DNA from: Paramecium tetraurelia
Taxonomy: Eukaryota
DNA: 62,700 nt
Direction of reading: 5' to 3'
Assembly: GCA_000165425.1 (NCBI GenBank)
Contig: CT867997.1
Location: 620,001-682,700, forward strand
Positions 1 through 12,491 of the stretch are shown in pieces; within the stretch, counting starts at the first letter, position 1, and every line of letters starts with the position of its first letter. The position numbers and the translations under genes were made by a program. The notes under the pieces are model-generated. The model saw nothing but the letters and a program-made list of their open reading frames with translations, was not told the origin of the DNA and did not search any database.

Positions 1-577
1 GATCTTAGATTAAAAAAATGAAGAAACTATTTAAAATTTTGGATCTTCAAAGTATCTAAAAACTGAACCTTCTAGTGATTATAATATTCCAACCTGCGGT
101 ACAATTCTATTGTCTCCAAGATATTCTAAATTTATTAAAAAAGAAACTAGTTTTCATCGATTTAAATCTTGATTTGATTTTAATTATATTAAATTTAAAA
201 TATAACTTTCTTATTATTTACCTTATCTATTTCTTATAATATCAATAATTAATCATATTAATATTTATTATCCGTATGCTAAATAGGATATTCTTCATAA
301 TTAAACAACAAACACTAGATAATTCAATGAAAATTAAAGAAAATCATTTAATAATATGCTTAAAATCTTTTTAACTAATGAAACTATTCTTCAGCCTTGG
401 GCTCCTCACTGAAATTTTTAGTTTATATTGTTTAAAATGATAAATATTGCGTATAACATCAAATTTAGATTAATTAATTAATGAAATAAGAATTTTTAAT
501 TAATTATAATTCTTTAACCAATTAAGTGAAATAAAGCAATGATCATAGAAATATTATACTTGTTTGATAATTTATAA

Positions 578-1030
578 TCATATTGTCATTTTTTTCATTA
601 ATCTATTTTATGGAAGATTTCTGATGCATAAATCCGCTTTATCATCAGAAATTTTATCGAGATCATCAAATTCATAATACTTTTCAGTGAGCCCTTAAAT
701 TTAATTAGTTACTGCAAATCTCTGCTCGGATCTATTTCTTTTAGATTTTCTGTTTTCATACTTTTACCATCTTTGAGTTTAGCTCTTCTACCTTTTTTTA
801 GCTTTATTTCCAATTTAGAGAAAATTCAATTAAGGATCTTCATCCTCTGATGTTGCTTTAGGTTAAAACTTGTCTGTATATCGCTTTCTTTGCTATCTTA
901 TTTATTCCTCCTCTAGAATCTATCTTCTGATTTGATTTTTAGGTTCGTACTATTAAATCATAGAGGAACTACAAACAGATGGTACAACTTTTTTTTCTTG
1001 CGAAGCATTTTTCTTTTTGTTTTGCTCCAT
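578..1030 (-). CDS. hypothetical basic protein (5' end uncertain)
   Basis: Ciliate-code reading ...ATSEDEDPQLNFLQIGNKAKKRQKSQTQRW...LMKKMTI ends at TGA 578-580. Start codon and exon structure are not resolved. Confidence 0.4.
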
Positions 1031-1603
1031 ACTGTTCCAATAAAAAAATGAGAGAATCATTAAAATGAATAGGATTGAGTTACTTGTTTTTAGAAAATTA
1101 AATTAATTATTAGTTCTTGAAATGAATAAAGAGATAAAAATAATATTAATATTTAAATTCAACATTTTAGTAATAATAGACATTTATACTCTTTAGTTTC
1201 AATAAAGGCTAACAGATAATTCCTACACCTAATTTATTTTCATTGTTTTTAAATAGTTCTCTATAATTCAAGTATGCCAAAGATCATCTGTTTTGTTTAT
1301 TAAGATTATAAATGAAAATTTATGAGTAAACCATTAATTTATTTGTTCTGAAAAGGACCAAAAATCTTTAAATTGACATATCGATCATCTTAAATTCTTT
1401 TTTAACAATAGATAATTTATGGTTCAATTTGACAGAGTTAATAATATATATTGTCATAAAGAAGACTAAAATAATTAACGTATATATCTCCGCAATACTA
1501 AAAAAAGACCATAAGCTTAAATGAATATGATTTAATAAAATAAATGAAATATACTCAAAGTCAGATAATAGAGATAAATAAATAGAATAATATATATTTA
1601 TTA

Positions 1604-2843
1604 ATGAACAAGAATACGATCTTTAAATACTACATAAGTGATTTGAATTAAGGATACCAAATGGTAATAAATCTTATTTTTAGATCAGTTATGATATCAA
1701 AATAAGCAAAAGAAAATGATAAATTACATAATATAATTTGCAAAGTGAATTTTACATTAAGGTTCATTAATTAGAATAAAAAACTTAGTATGATATTTAA
1801 AAGGATAATCAAAACTTAAATATAAAATTTAATATTTAGCAGTAAATCTTTATTTAAATTAATAATAAAGGTATAGTTAAAGTCTTAAGGTATGAATCTT
1901 TAAAACAGTATTAAATTTGTTATTATTATATATAGCTTTAAATGAATTTTGATTTCACTAATAGATTTAAACAAGGTTTAAATAAAAGAGTTCAGATACT
2001 TGAAGATAATGTTTAAATTTTGGCTAGAATGTAAAGACCATTTTATTTAAGGTATTTACATTTTGAGGTTAATTAAAAAATGATTATATGGTTTGAATAT
2101 ATTATTGTAAATCAATTTAATTTTAGATTGTAAATGATAGGATTAATTTGATTTGCTTAAAATAAATAGATAATTCTACTATATTTCTGTCATAACTAAA
2201 ATAGATGAGTGTTTTGTTGAAACTTTGGGAGGTCAAGCATCAGTTATTTCATATAATTCAAATATTATAATAAAAAGCAAGAAAAATTCAATTACCAAAG
2301 TTTATGGAGATAAGTGGTAACACAATTAACATAGTTTTACTTATTCTATATATCAGCCATAATTACTACTGGGAGTCAGGAAAGATTATATAATCGAGAC
2401 TACTACCCCAAATGACAGGATGGATGAAATTATAACTGCGAATATGCAGACAGATTCAGATTCAGTTTAAACTTGAGAAAGATTCGTAATTGAATAGTCT
2501 ATTAATGTGATACTCAATTTAAAAGCTAATTAAATTTTCCTTTAGTATCCAAATTAATATAATTATTAGGGAAGTTATGTCTGAATTAAGATTTGGAATA
2601 AGCTCTCAAATATTGTAATTCTATGTAGATTTTGAAATTATTTAGGTATTTCAATGAAGAGGGCAGACACTACCTTACTCAGTTTTACATGCTCTATATG
2701 ATCAGCAACCTAGAGGCATTGAGGTAGTATCAAGTGATCCAAAAGTGCAGGTGACTTGTGTATATCATAATGAATTCCAAACACAGCAAATTCTTGAATT
2801 AAGACAAATGAAGTTGAAAAATCCAATTTAGTAATAAGATTGA
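1604..2843 (+). pseudogene. degenerate vWA-domain protein gene
   Basis: Segments NDKLHNIICKVNFTLRFINQNKKLSMIF, QFYYISVITKIDECFVETLGG, SITKVYGDKW and LLLGVRKDYII resemble ciliate vWA proteins. They lie in different frames (shift near 2272-2280) with in-frame TGA at 2474 and 2655, and no intact DxSxS motif was seen. Confidence 0.55.
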
Positions 2844-2901
2844 AACAATGAAGAAGATGAGAATAGAGCTTATATATCGAATTGTTAATTGTGTTTATAA
2901 T

Positions 2902-3707
2902 TCATTTCTTTGTTTGTTTCTTTTGTGATTTCTCTTTATTTATGACTTAGACAATTTCTTTTTGTAGATCATCGTTCACTTCTTACTTATTTTTGGATTT
3001 AGTAGATTTAGCTTTTTATGACTTAGATTGTATTGTTTATTATATTTGTTCATCATCTGAACTTTGATTTACTTGCTTATTTTCCTATTACTATTTGAGC
3101 TATTGTTGATGTTTTGCAGCTGGCTATATCGATTCTGAATCGATATCATCGAATAGATAATCTTATCCTGATTTCACAGATTTGTCATCAAACTATAACT
3201 TAGTATTTGAGTTACCTTTTCAGTCTTCTTTTTCTTTTTGTCTTTAATTGTAATACCTTGCTTCTCATTATACTCTTTAACATCGTCATTATACTTGCTC
3301 TTTGCTTAATTATATTAATCAACATATGGCTAAATAATCATAAGAATATTTACTTGCTTCTCTTACTCACTCATTGATTGCCACTTTTATCCTGCCATTT
3401 ATGAAATCTGGATCAGTTTGACTTCTAATTAATAATCACTCAAATCAATACCTGGATTTCTTTCCAAAACCTTTTCACGATATTTCTGGCTAAATAAGAA
3501 GAAAGCAGTAAGAGGTCTCTTGGGAGCATTAGGATCTCGTTCCTTTTTCTTCTCAGGTTTGTCATTTTGAATTTCGACCACAGGTTATCCTTTCAAAAAT
3601 TACGAACAATATAATTCCATATTGGCAAAAAAAATCTAAGATTTCTTTACTATCTCTAAGGTCTAAATTATGATGACTCAAAATAGTACGAATTGTTTGT
3701 CCTCCAT
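2902..3707 (-). CDS. HMG-box protein with long charged C-terminal tail
   Basis: KKERDPNAPKRPLTAFFLFSQKYREKV...ISQMAGQKWQSMSEQEKQPYVDQYNQAKSKY is a canonical HMG box; three tiny introns. Confidence 0.92.
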
Positions 3708-3983
3708 TTTTTCCAAAAAATAATTTTATTAAAAATTATCTGTAACCGAGCATTATTAATCAATAAAAATAACAATAATATTAATTGCTAAAACTTAAAT
3801 GGAACAAGCTAGAGCAGTCCAACTCCAATTAGAATTCACTCTCTTGTATTTGATTTTGGATTTTCATGGAATCAATTGATTCTGATTAATACCTCGGCAA
3901 CATTTTCATTAGTAAATAAATACTTATGTGCATGTCTAAATATCTAAAATCAATTAATAAACAATTAAATATTAAAAAATCAA

Positions 3984-4216
3984 ATGGGTGTTTGCCAGTC
4001 CTAAAAGAATTCTTCTAACTTGAAAAGAAGTGGAGCCCAATAGTTTATCTTCATAGACTTTGACAAATTAAAGAAATATAATGAAGAACGACAGAATCTC
4101 GACAAAAACAATTGTCAATAGCAGTCCTTCTGCTAGATTTTTTGTTAGGATAATAATAATAAAACCTCAAATCCACAAACCTACACTTACAATAATGTTT
4201 AGACCTAATAAATTGA
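3984..4216 (+). CDS. small hypothetical protein with MGxC N-terminus (3' end uncertain)
   Basis: ATG 3984 gives MGVCQSQKNSSNLKRSGAQQFIFIDFDKLKKYNEERQ. Confidence 0.4.
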
Positions 4217-4899
4217 AATTAAAAAAGAGTGATTTCTTTATTTTTATTTAATCCACTCTAACATATCAAATCTCTATAATTATTCCTATAACAATCAAGA
4301 TCTGTCAATAAAATTTATTATTGAACTCTAAACCTGAAATTGTAGCAGTAATTCAATATCAGAAGCCAAAACTGTTTAAGCTTGAGAATCGTAAGCAAAT
4401 GCTTTGTGGAGTGGTATTTTGTAATCACTCCATATTTTATTTGCTATAATAAGAATTTCCAAATCCTAAAATGGAACTCCAACAATAATTTTGTTGAAAT
4501 AGCCCGATTAATTAGATTAATAGAAACACCCTAACAAATATATATTCAATTTTATGAATATTTCATTTTCACTTAGATTCACTATGTCCAAATGTTGCCA
4601 TACAGGATTTTGAATTGAAAATATTAGTATACATTTGAAGATTTAAAAGATATCTTTTATAAATTAACAATAAAAGGAATTAAATTGAATAGATTATTTA
4701 GTTTGTTTTAATTATTTAAGAATGTGTAGTTTACTTAAGTATTTTAAGAGAGTATGTCAATATTGCATCTTCCATAAATTACTCTTTTTATTAATAATAC
4801 AATTTATTTATAATATAATATTATTTATACAAAGCACAGAATTAATAATGCTACAATTAATTTTATTTAGTAATTGAATTACAAATTTACCAATAATAA

Positions 4900-6190
4900 A
4901 TATGAACAAAAATTGATATTAAATTATCTTTACTCTCTCAATTCTTTTTCGAATAGTGAAGAACCTTATACATTTCTAGAACCTATTCCTGAGTTTATAG
5001 CTAAGCAAATAGATAGTTTTTTAAATTTGTTCTTTATAGAAATGAAATGATACTGATTCTATTCGCGTAAATCATTTGCCCCCACCATTCCATTAAGATA
5101 TATTGCTAATTGCAATAATTGCTTATCTTGCTTATTGTCATAATATGGAATAATCGGAACCCCGTTGTCAAGTTAACATAAATAACTAATCGCAGAGTTA
5201 TCAACTAGAAGAGTTCTCGAGATTGGAAGATTCTTGATGATGGATAAATCCTTAACATACTAGCCTTGATCAGTAAAGCAACAATGTTCTCTTGACAACA
5301 CTCGAGAGATGATTCTCTTTGGATCAATATATTCAACAATCTAAATCAAAACAATAGTGTACTCGTTTTGCATATTATCCATGTGAGGCTGTGAATACTA
5401 TGATTTCGAAATTGGGTTCCAGCAATTCCAGCATTACGTGTAAACCAGGTCGAACCGAAACGCCTACTTAAAATGTTTCATCCTAAGAAAGTTTGATGAT
5501 TAGTTTTTTGTCACAAGGCAATTTCATATCTAGCGTGCAATGTACTAAAGTCTCATCCAAATCAAATAGTAAAGTGTACTTTTTAATATCTATATGTTAA
5601 TATTTATAATAACTTTATGGATTATTTTGGATTATAACTGGTTTTGGTTTGTAAATTATCTTAGAATTTACACATTATTTCAAAGCCATGCAACTTGATA
5701 AAAAATGTTCCTTGAAAAGTTTGTTAAAATAGTTCTCTTTACTTTCAAAAGCAGTGACAACATCAGAGATATAATAAATTGAATTGCTCTCTTACATACT
5801 TGTATTTTGAATAATTCTGGGTGAATCTTTCATACAAAACACTTCGCTATTTTATTTTATTATGGGTCTATATATCAATTTTGGAGCTGTTTGCTTTCTG
5901 CTTAACATTCTTTGATTGTCTATGTTTTATTTATCAAAAGTTTCATTGGGTTCTGTTTTATGAATGAAATTTGATTTCATGACTCGAGACATATTTTTAA
6001 GAGTGAGCACTCTACTTGGAGTAATTTAATATATTTTGTCAATCGACATTGAATTCTCCGTTTGATTAGTTCGAAACTTCTTCTATACATCAAATCGTAA
6101 ATTAATTGAATCAGTCCTCTTTGGTTAACGAGCAGTTAACTATGGCTGTAGAAATTTAAGATTTGGCGAACTTTTTTGATATCCTTTCAT
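4900..6190 (-). CDS. FCP1/SCP-type (NIF) HAD phosphatase; 3' end approximate
   Basis: YTLLFDLDETLVHC carries the DxDxT motif; also VRPGL, IVFTAS, KDLS and DNGVPIIPYYDNKQD. Confidence 0.9.
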
Positions 6191-6980
6191 ATTTAATTTA
6201 TTTTATTACATTTATCCTATCATACAAATAGTATATAAAATCAAAGTATATCCTTGCTTCACTGACCCTTGTGAAACACATGGTTCTATAATTGATAGCA
6301 TAACCGATTTAATGCAATTTATATTAAAATTAATTGCAATGATATTAAATTGCATAATTTTAATCCAATTTACTATTCTGTATTAGTTATTTTAGGCTTT
6401 AAACCATTCTCAAATTTTCTAAATCTAAAATATAATTGATTGCTCAATCTAGTATATTGATATCTCTATTAATTTAAAATTATCTAATATTTTCTTGCTT
6501 AGGATTTTTTAGTTAAAGGGGTATGGATGAAATAATAATGGATTCATTTACAAAAAAGGCAATAACTAAAAACCTGATAATACTGGTATGGTATGTACTA
6601 AAGAAATATCTACTTAATCTTGTAAAGTACCTAAAGGAAATTAAGCTAAATTTTAAATATATTTAATCAAGACATGCTTGGAGATTAACCTTAACCTTTA
6701 ATCTCTCCATATCATAATTATTTAATTAAAAACTATATCTTTTAGAGTGTTATAAAACTTGAAAATCATTAAAAAATATAAATAAATTTGGCCTAATAAT
6801 TTACTTTTTGCTCGATTAACTTTTAAGAATATAAGCTATAAAAAAGACTAAAGAAAGTATGGAAGCTAAGGCATTTTGAGGCATTCTTTTAAATTCTCCA
6901 CAGTATCATTCTTTACATATCTAAGAAGGACAGAATATATAGTAAATACTAGATTATACACATTATCATTAAGAGAAATA

Positions 6981-8256
6981 TCAATGATGATGATGGATCT
7001 CTATTTTTCTTACGTTGGCACATTTAGCATCTTAATCCAATTAGAATTCAAAGTCAGCAGTAACTCCAATTTTCAAATTATCATTTTAATATCTATGTTA
7101 AAAGCGAGATCTCTTTTCAGTTGGACTTAGAGATTCATTTTAAAAGTATTCGAACTCTAATGCTTCCTGTGCACTAACTCTTTTATTATGGTCTCCATCT
7201 AGCATTGCTTTTATTAAATGAATGGCTTTAGAAGGAGCATTAGCTTTATCCAAGACTGTGAAATCTATGGAACCATTCCTAATAATATTGTAAAACATAT
7301 TGGATTCTTGTAAATATCGAAATGGATGAATATCTTCTCCCGAATATAATTTATACAGTATTGCTCCACAACTATAGACATCCATTTTGTCACTGTAGAT
7401 CGGAATATCTTGTAAAGCTTCAGGAGCAGTATACATACCATACAAAATAGGCTAAACATTTGTATCATATTATTTCATAGCAAAATTGAAATCTGCTAAT
7501 TTTAGACTGTCTAATTTTCCAGATTACGCAAACATAATATTAGCAGGTTTGATATCCCTATGAATAATGCCTTCATTCTTCAAATAAACCAAAGCCAACA
7601 ACAGAGCCTTGTATTTATATCAAACAATACCTAAATAATAGTTCTGCACTATTAATGTGTTGTAATTAGATTTCTCTCCAATAATTTTGATAGTGTTTAG
7701 CCTCCCATCAGTTCCATTATTATGTAATAGTATTGTTCGCCTTAAAAGTATTCTTTGAACTAAATGATATGGTTATGTTCTAAGTTCTGATGCATTCTGA
7801 TTTCTTACTAAAAATCATCTTTTCTTTCTAAACACTTTAATGCCCAGAATGACTTTTAAATAGTGTCTTCAACCTTAAACACTTTGCTGTCTGCTCCTTC
7901 TCCAATTTAACGATTGCATTTATATAAGCTCACAATCCCATCAAACAGGACCTTGCAGGCTATTAATCTTCTCATTTCCTCAAGATCTTTATGATTTGCT
8001 TTGAAGAACTTCACCTTCTTCTTAACTACTATTCCAAAAGCATGTATTTTTTGTTACTCTGTATACCAGTACACCTTGTTTTCGAAATTGAGTAGGCAAA
8101 CATACTTCAAACTTTATGATTTAAACTTTCCTTGTAAGCATTAAGATATACCTTGTTAATACTAATTTAATCTGAAAGGATATTCACTGTATAATAGGAA
8201 TTCATAAAATAATGGATACGCTCGCAAGTAAACGAATAAATCACTGGTAATATCAT
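6981..8256 (-). CDS. Ser/Thr protein kinase (CAMK-like) with atypical DFN motif
   Basis: GEGADSKVFKV, FWALKC, IIHRDIKPANIMF, LADFNFA, YTAPE, DVYSCG and RVSAQEAL. The frame continues past the TAA at 7140 to TGA at 6981. Confidence 0.9.
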
Positions 8257-8382
8257 GGTTCTGGAAGATTATATATATATATATATTATTTCTTATTTAT
8301 TGTATAAAAAATCAACAGTATAAAAAGAAGAAATTAAAAAAGGCTTTTAAATTATGATGCTGCAATTCAAAATTGTGATAAA

Positions 8383-8731
8383 TCAATCGTTATTAAGCAA
8401 TAAGTTTCTTCCGTATTTTTTTAAAGCATAAACTACATCCATTGCTTAAACCGTATTTCTTTAGGCATGTTCCGTGTATATGATAGCATCTTTGACCAAG
8501 GATGATAAGAAATTAACTATGACATCTCTATTGGGATCAAATAACACTATACCTAGTCGTAGGGTAAGAATCTGAAGAAATTCTTTTAACACCTCCTCTT
8601 CGAGCAAGTCTACGTATATCACCATTGGTAATGTGCTATCCACCCTTTTTTTCCTTATTCATTTTGTTCTTATGTCTTTTTGCACCTGCTAATTTACCTT
8701 ATCCCATTCGTTTGCCCTTTTGGTTGTCCAT
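8383..8731 (-). CDS. divergent histone H4 variant (107 aa)
   Basis: [107 protein letters not shown]; one 25-nt intron at 8528-8552. Confidence 0.92.
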
Positions 8732-9354
8732 CCTTATTAGATTAATTTAAATTTAAATAAAAATAAGCGCTAATAATTTTCATAATTATAAGTTTTTATA
8801 TTCATTTTTTATAATAGTAATAAATCATCAAATCAAATACCTCAACATAAACTCAATTCAACATCTTTAATAAACATCTAATGATGAACTCCTTTAAATT
8901 CGATAAACCACAGTTCAATAAAGACAGAATTCCAACTCTCTAACCGAGTATATAAAATATAAGTTATTCCCTCCCACTCAGTAAATGATTTACAATCTTT
9001 GTGGTTTTATATCAGAATTCGAATTTAAGCTTTTACATTTTGTAATAAATGTGTATCAATAAAAAAGACAAATATATATCTTAATTTCAAAAATTAGTAT
9101 TTCAGATATAAACATATAAAATATTCAATTTTTAAATAAAATGGTAACTTGTTGTTATCCTTGACTGTTTGATAGATACACAAATATTAGAATGATTTCC
9201 TAGATAGATTAGAAATATTCTATTAATTTAAGAATATGAATATGTGTATATTCCTTCCTCAAAAATACTTTTAAATTCTAATATTCATTTTTAACAGTCT
9301 CTTAAACTTCTCCTATCTTATTATTTTATAAACATGAAAATACGAATTATAAAA

Positions 9355-10335
9355 TCAAGTTAATTCTAGATCCTTAAGAATAGCCAAACCATTGGTACAA
9401 TTTTTCTTCTCTTTGCTTCTACTTCTACTTCGACTAGTTCTTTGCACAACAACGTTCTTACTTTCTTCATAACCTTTATTTAATAATTAAGTTGGAGCCA
9501 ATTAATCTAGTAAATTGGGATGCTATGGTAGAAATTGACCGATATTAAAATTCAATGGCAAATGATTTTTAGCTGATATTAAAACCCTATTTTACATCTG
9601 GCTTCTTGCACTTATATTCTATTCCCCTTGATTTCTGCATTGTTCATTTCTTTGATAGCTCTACTGGCATGCAAATTGTTTCTATATTATATAAATGCAT
9701 ATAGTTCATCCTTCACACTAATGTCCTCTATAAAACCGAACTATCCAAAATTTAAAATCAAATCCATCTTCTTCAAGTTTCCAATCTTTCCTATCATATT
9801 AAAATAATAAAGAACTCATACCAATATAAATACGATTGCTGGAACTTAACACTTCATCATAGGTTTTCTAGAGATCCACTTTCAATGTTTCTCCTTTGCA
9901 ATTCTTTTCATTCATATACAAAATCGCCTCTGTTGCACATTACTACGTTGGATACTCAATTAAAGCATAGGTTTCCTTGAAAATTATGTCCAAAATCTTT
10001 CCAAACCTATTAAAGATCTCCACTAACTCCTGACTTGTGAACTTGTGGTTTAAATTGCCCACGTATATTTTACGAGTAGATGATGGCAATGCCTCCTTTA
10101 AAAGGTCTTCTTGTTTCATCAATGCTTTTGAAAATTAGACAACTATTCGATTATTGCAAACAGATCTTCCATCCAATTCATACTAAGCCATTCGCGCATC
10201 GCTCTCATAATAATATTCAACAAAGCAAAAGCTATCCTTATCCTCAAAACTCTTTATTAATCCATACTGCATTAGCAATTTGTATATCTCCTACTTATTC
10301 ACTTCCTTTACTTTACCAATATATAATTTTTACAT
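9355..10335 (-). CDS. RNA-binding protein, three RRMs and short RS stretch (SR-like)
   Basis: MQKLYIGKV...SFCFVEY and RKIYVGNL...YALIEY RRM motifs, a third xYIG-type repeat, and C-terminal SRSRSRSK. Confidence 0.85.
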
Positions 10336-10761
10336 TTAATTATATGTATGTATAAAATATAAATTAATGCATGCTTTTGTAATTAGTACTCAAATGATCT
10401 GAATATAATATGACAATTTTAAAGCTCATCTTAGACTGGTAACTCAAATTAATATAGTAGTTAGCTTTAAATTATGGTTTCTTGTTATAAGATATGGAAG
10501 TTTAATAACAATTTAATTATTTACATTTCTAATATAAGTTTTAATTTGATGGTTCATATCTTTTGGACTGCAGACCAAATAGTGATAGTCAAAATACTAA
10601 ATGTTGAAAACTATTTAATGAGATCATTATTTTATTTGTGATATATAATTGATATTTAACCTAATTAAACTCATTCTAATATGAAATATGATTCTTAATG
10701 GAAATTCTATAATTTTATATTAGAATTTAATTAAACCCTACATATATTGAGATATAAATAT

Positions 10762-12287
10762 ATGAATATTTATACATTGAAATTTGAAGAAACCACTCTA
10801 GAGAATTCTTATCGATACCATAAATGTAATTAATTATAAAGTCCTATTCTTATATACACTTATGTTTTATCAATACTACTTATTGGCAGCTAATTAATAT
10901 AATAATTAGTTAATCATAATTATGCCTATTTGATACAAAAACTAGTGATTCTCTTAATTGTAATTTTGCTATGCTTGTTTTTTAAGCAACTCAAGAGATT
11001 TCCTAACTTAATTTTACTCTTAATTAACTTACTACTAGTATCACTTGAAACTGAATCGAATTAAAAGAATACATATCATCAAGGATATTTGTTTGGTTGT
11101 AATTAAATGCTTACACATATAATTTTATTGATGGGTTCTGATTTTTAAGTGGGTTTATTTACGAATATCATATTAGCGATTTCAAGAACAGCAATCACTT
11201 TTGTAAATGAAGATGCTTTAACTTTTGAATAATATCTATACACGATCATAATTACTGTTGGAGTCTCAGGTTTATTATATTCATCAGAATTATACTAAAG
11301 AAGATCTTTTTTATATTAAACAAAAGACACTACTTGGGGTATTATTAAATATTATATAATTAGAGAAAATATTACCGTTTGTAATTTGCAAGCCTTTTTT
11401 AATATTCAAATTCGATAAAGATTCGTTCTGCTTTCAATAAATTGCAATTAACAAATCATTAACAGAGAGTTAAGAAATGTAATTTGATTCTGTAGGAGAT
11501 TTTCTAAAAGAATGCAAATATGAAAAATCAACACTATAAAAATACTTATTTTAGAAATATGAAAAGTTCAATAACTTAGTTAATAATATCGATTGTGAAA
11601 AATTAGAAATCTAATATAAAAAGAGTAGAATGAAAATCAAACTACTAGTCTATTTTGTAGACACAGTTAGATTTATGATAGTAGTGGAAACAGTAGATCA
11701 AGCCTTCATTGATTTAAAATATAGATACTAAAATAACTTAAAAGAAGTGACTAAAAAGTATAATAATTAAATAAAGAAACTCGCTAAAATCTTAAATAAA
11801 AAACTAAAAAAATGTAAGATCCAACTGGTTAGTGAAATAGCTATATCAATACTCGAATTTCGAATTCTGTAATCGATTAAAATGGAAAAACTAATCAAAA
11901 TCAATTTGTAACAGCTGTTTCAAAAATTTTATCAAATCTTTCATATTATTTATAAATATGACGTATATTTTCAAGCAAAATAGGATTATATCATTTATAC
12001 TTACAAACCAGAATTATATTACTTTATTGTATCTATAATTAGGTAATCAAATAGAACATAGTAGATATCATTTATTATTGATTAAAATTAAGAAGCATAG
12101 GTTCCGTAATTATCACTTTCAGGCATCGAAAAACTTCCTGAAGAATATTAATTTTAATATTGTCAACAAACAGTTTTTGAAAAGCATATATAAGTGTTAA
12201 ATTGTAAATATGAATTATAAATTATATAGCTCATTTTTGGATCTTCAAGGAACTTCACTCTTCGTTTAACTAACACTATACTTTTGA
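10762..12287 (+). CDS. multi-pass membrane protein with degenerate histidine-kinase-like cytoplasmic region
   Basis: MNIYTLKFEETTLENSY followed by about 6 hydrophobic segments, YSSELYQRRSFL, an intron near 11339-11363 and a long open frame; 3' end approximate. Confidence 0.6.
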
Positions 12288-12491
12288 GAATATTTCAAAT
12301 GATCAATAAAATTTATTAAATTAATATATTTGAATTTTATTAACCAAATTTTAAAAATCTATATGATAACATAGTATTAGTTAGAAGAACAATTAAGAAT
12401 TAAATTACTTTATAAAATTGTATATTAAATATGGAAAAAGTATTTGAATTCTAATACAAATCATTAGACACTGAATCTAGATTGGATCTCT

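Noticed and set aside
2474..2657. In-frame TGAs as selenocysteine or Trp recoding
   Set aside because: They occur with frameshifts in a degenerate gene, I saw no SECIS, and TGA is the normal stop in all intact genes here.
4406..4432. Hairpin TGGAGTG...CACTCCA
   Set aside because: A 7-bp stem with no RNA-family motifs, lying in a possible minus-strand open frame of unknown status.
8881..8990. ATGATGA as a possible box C of a C/D snoRNA
   Set aside because: There is no matching CTGA box D or terminal stem at a suitable distance.
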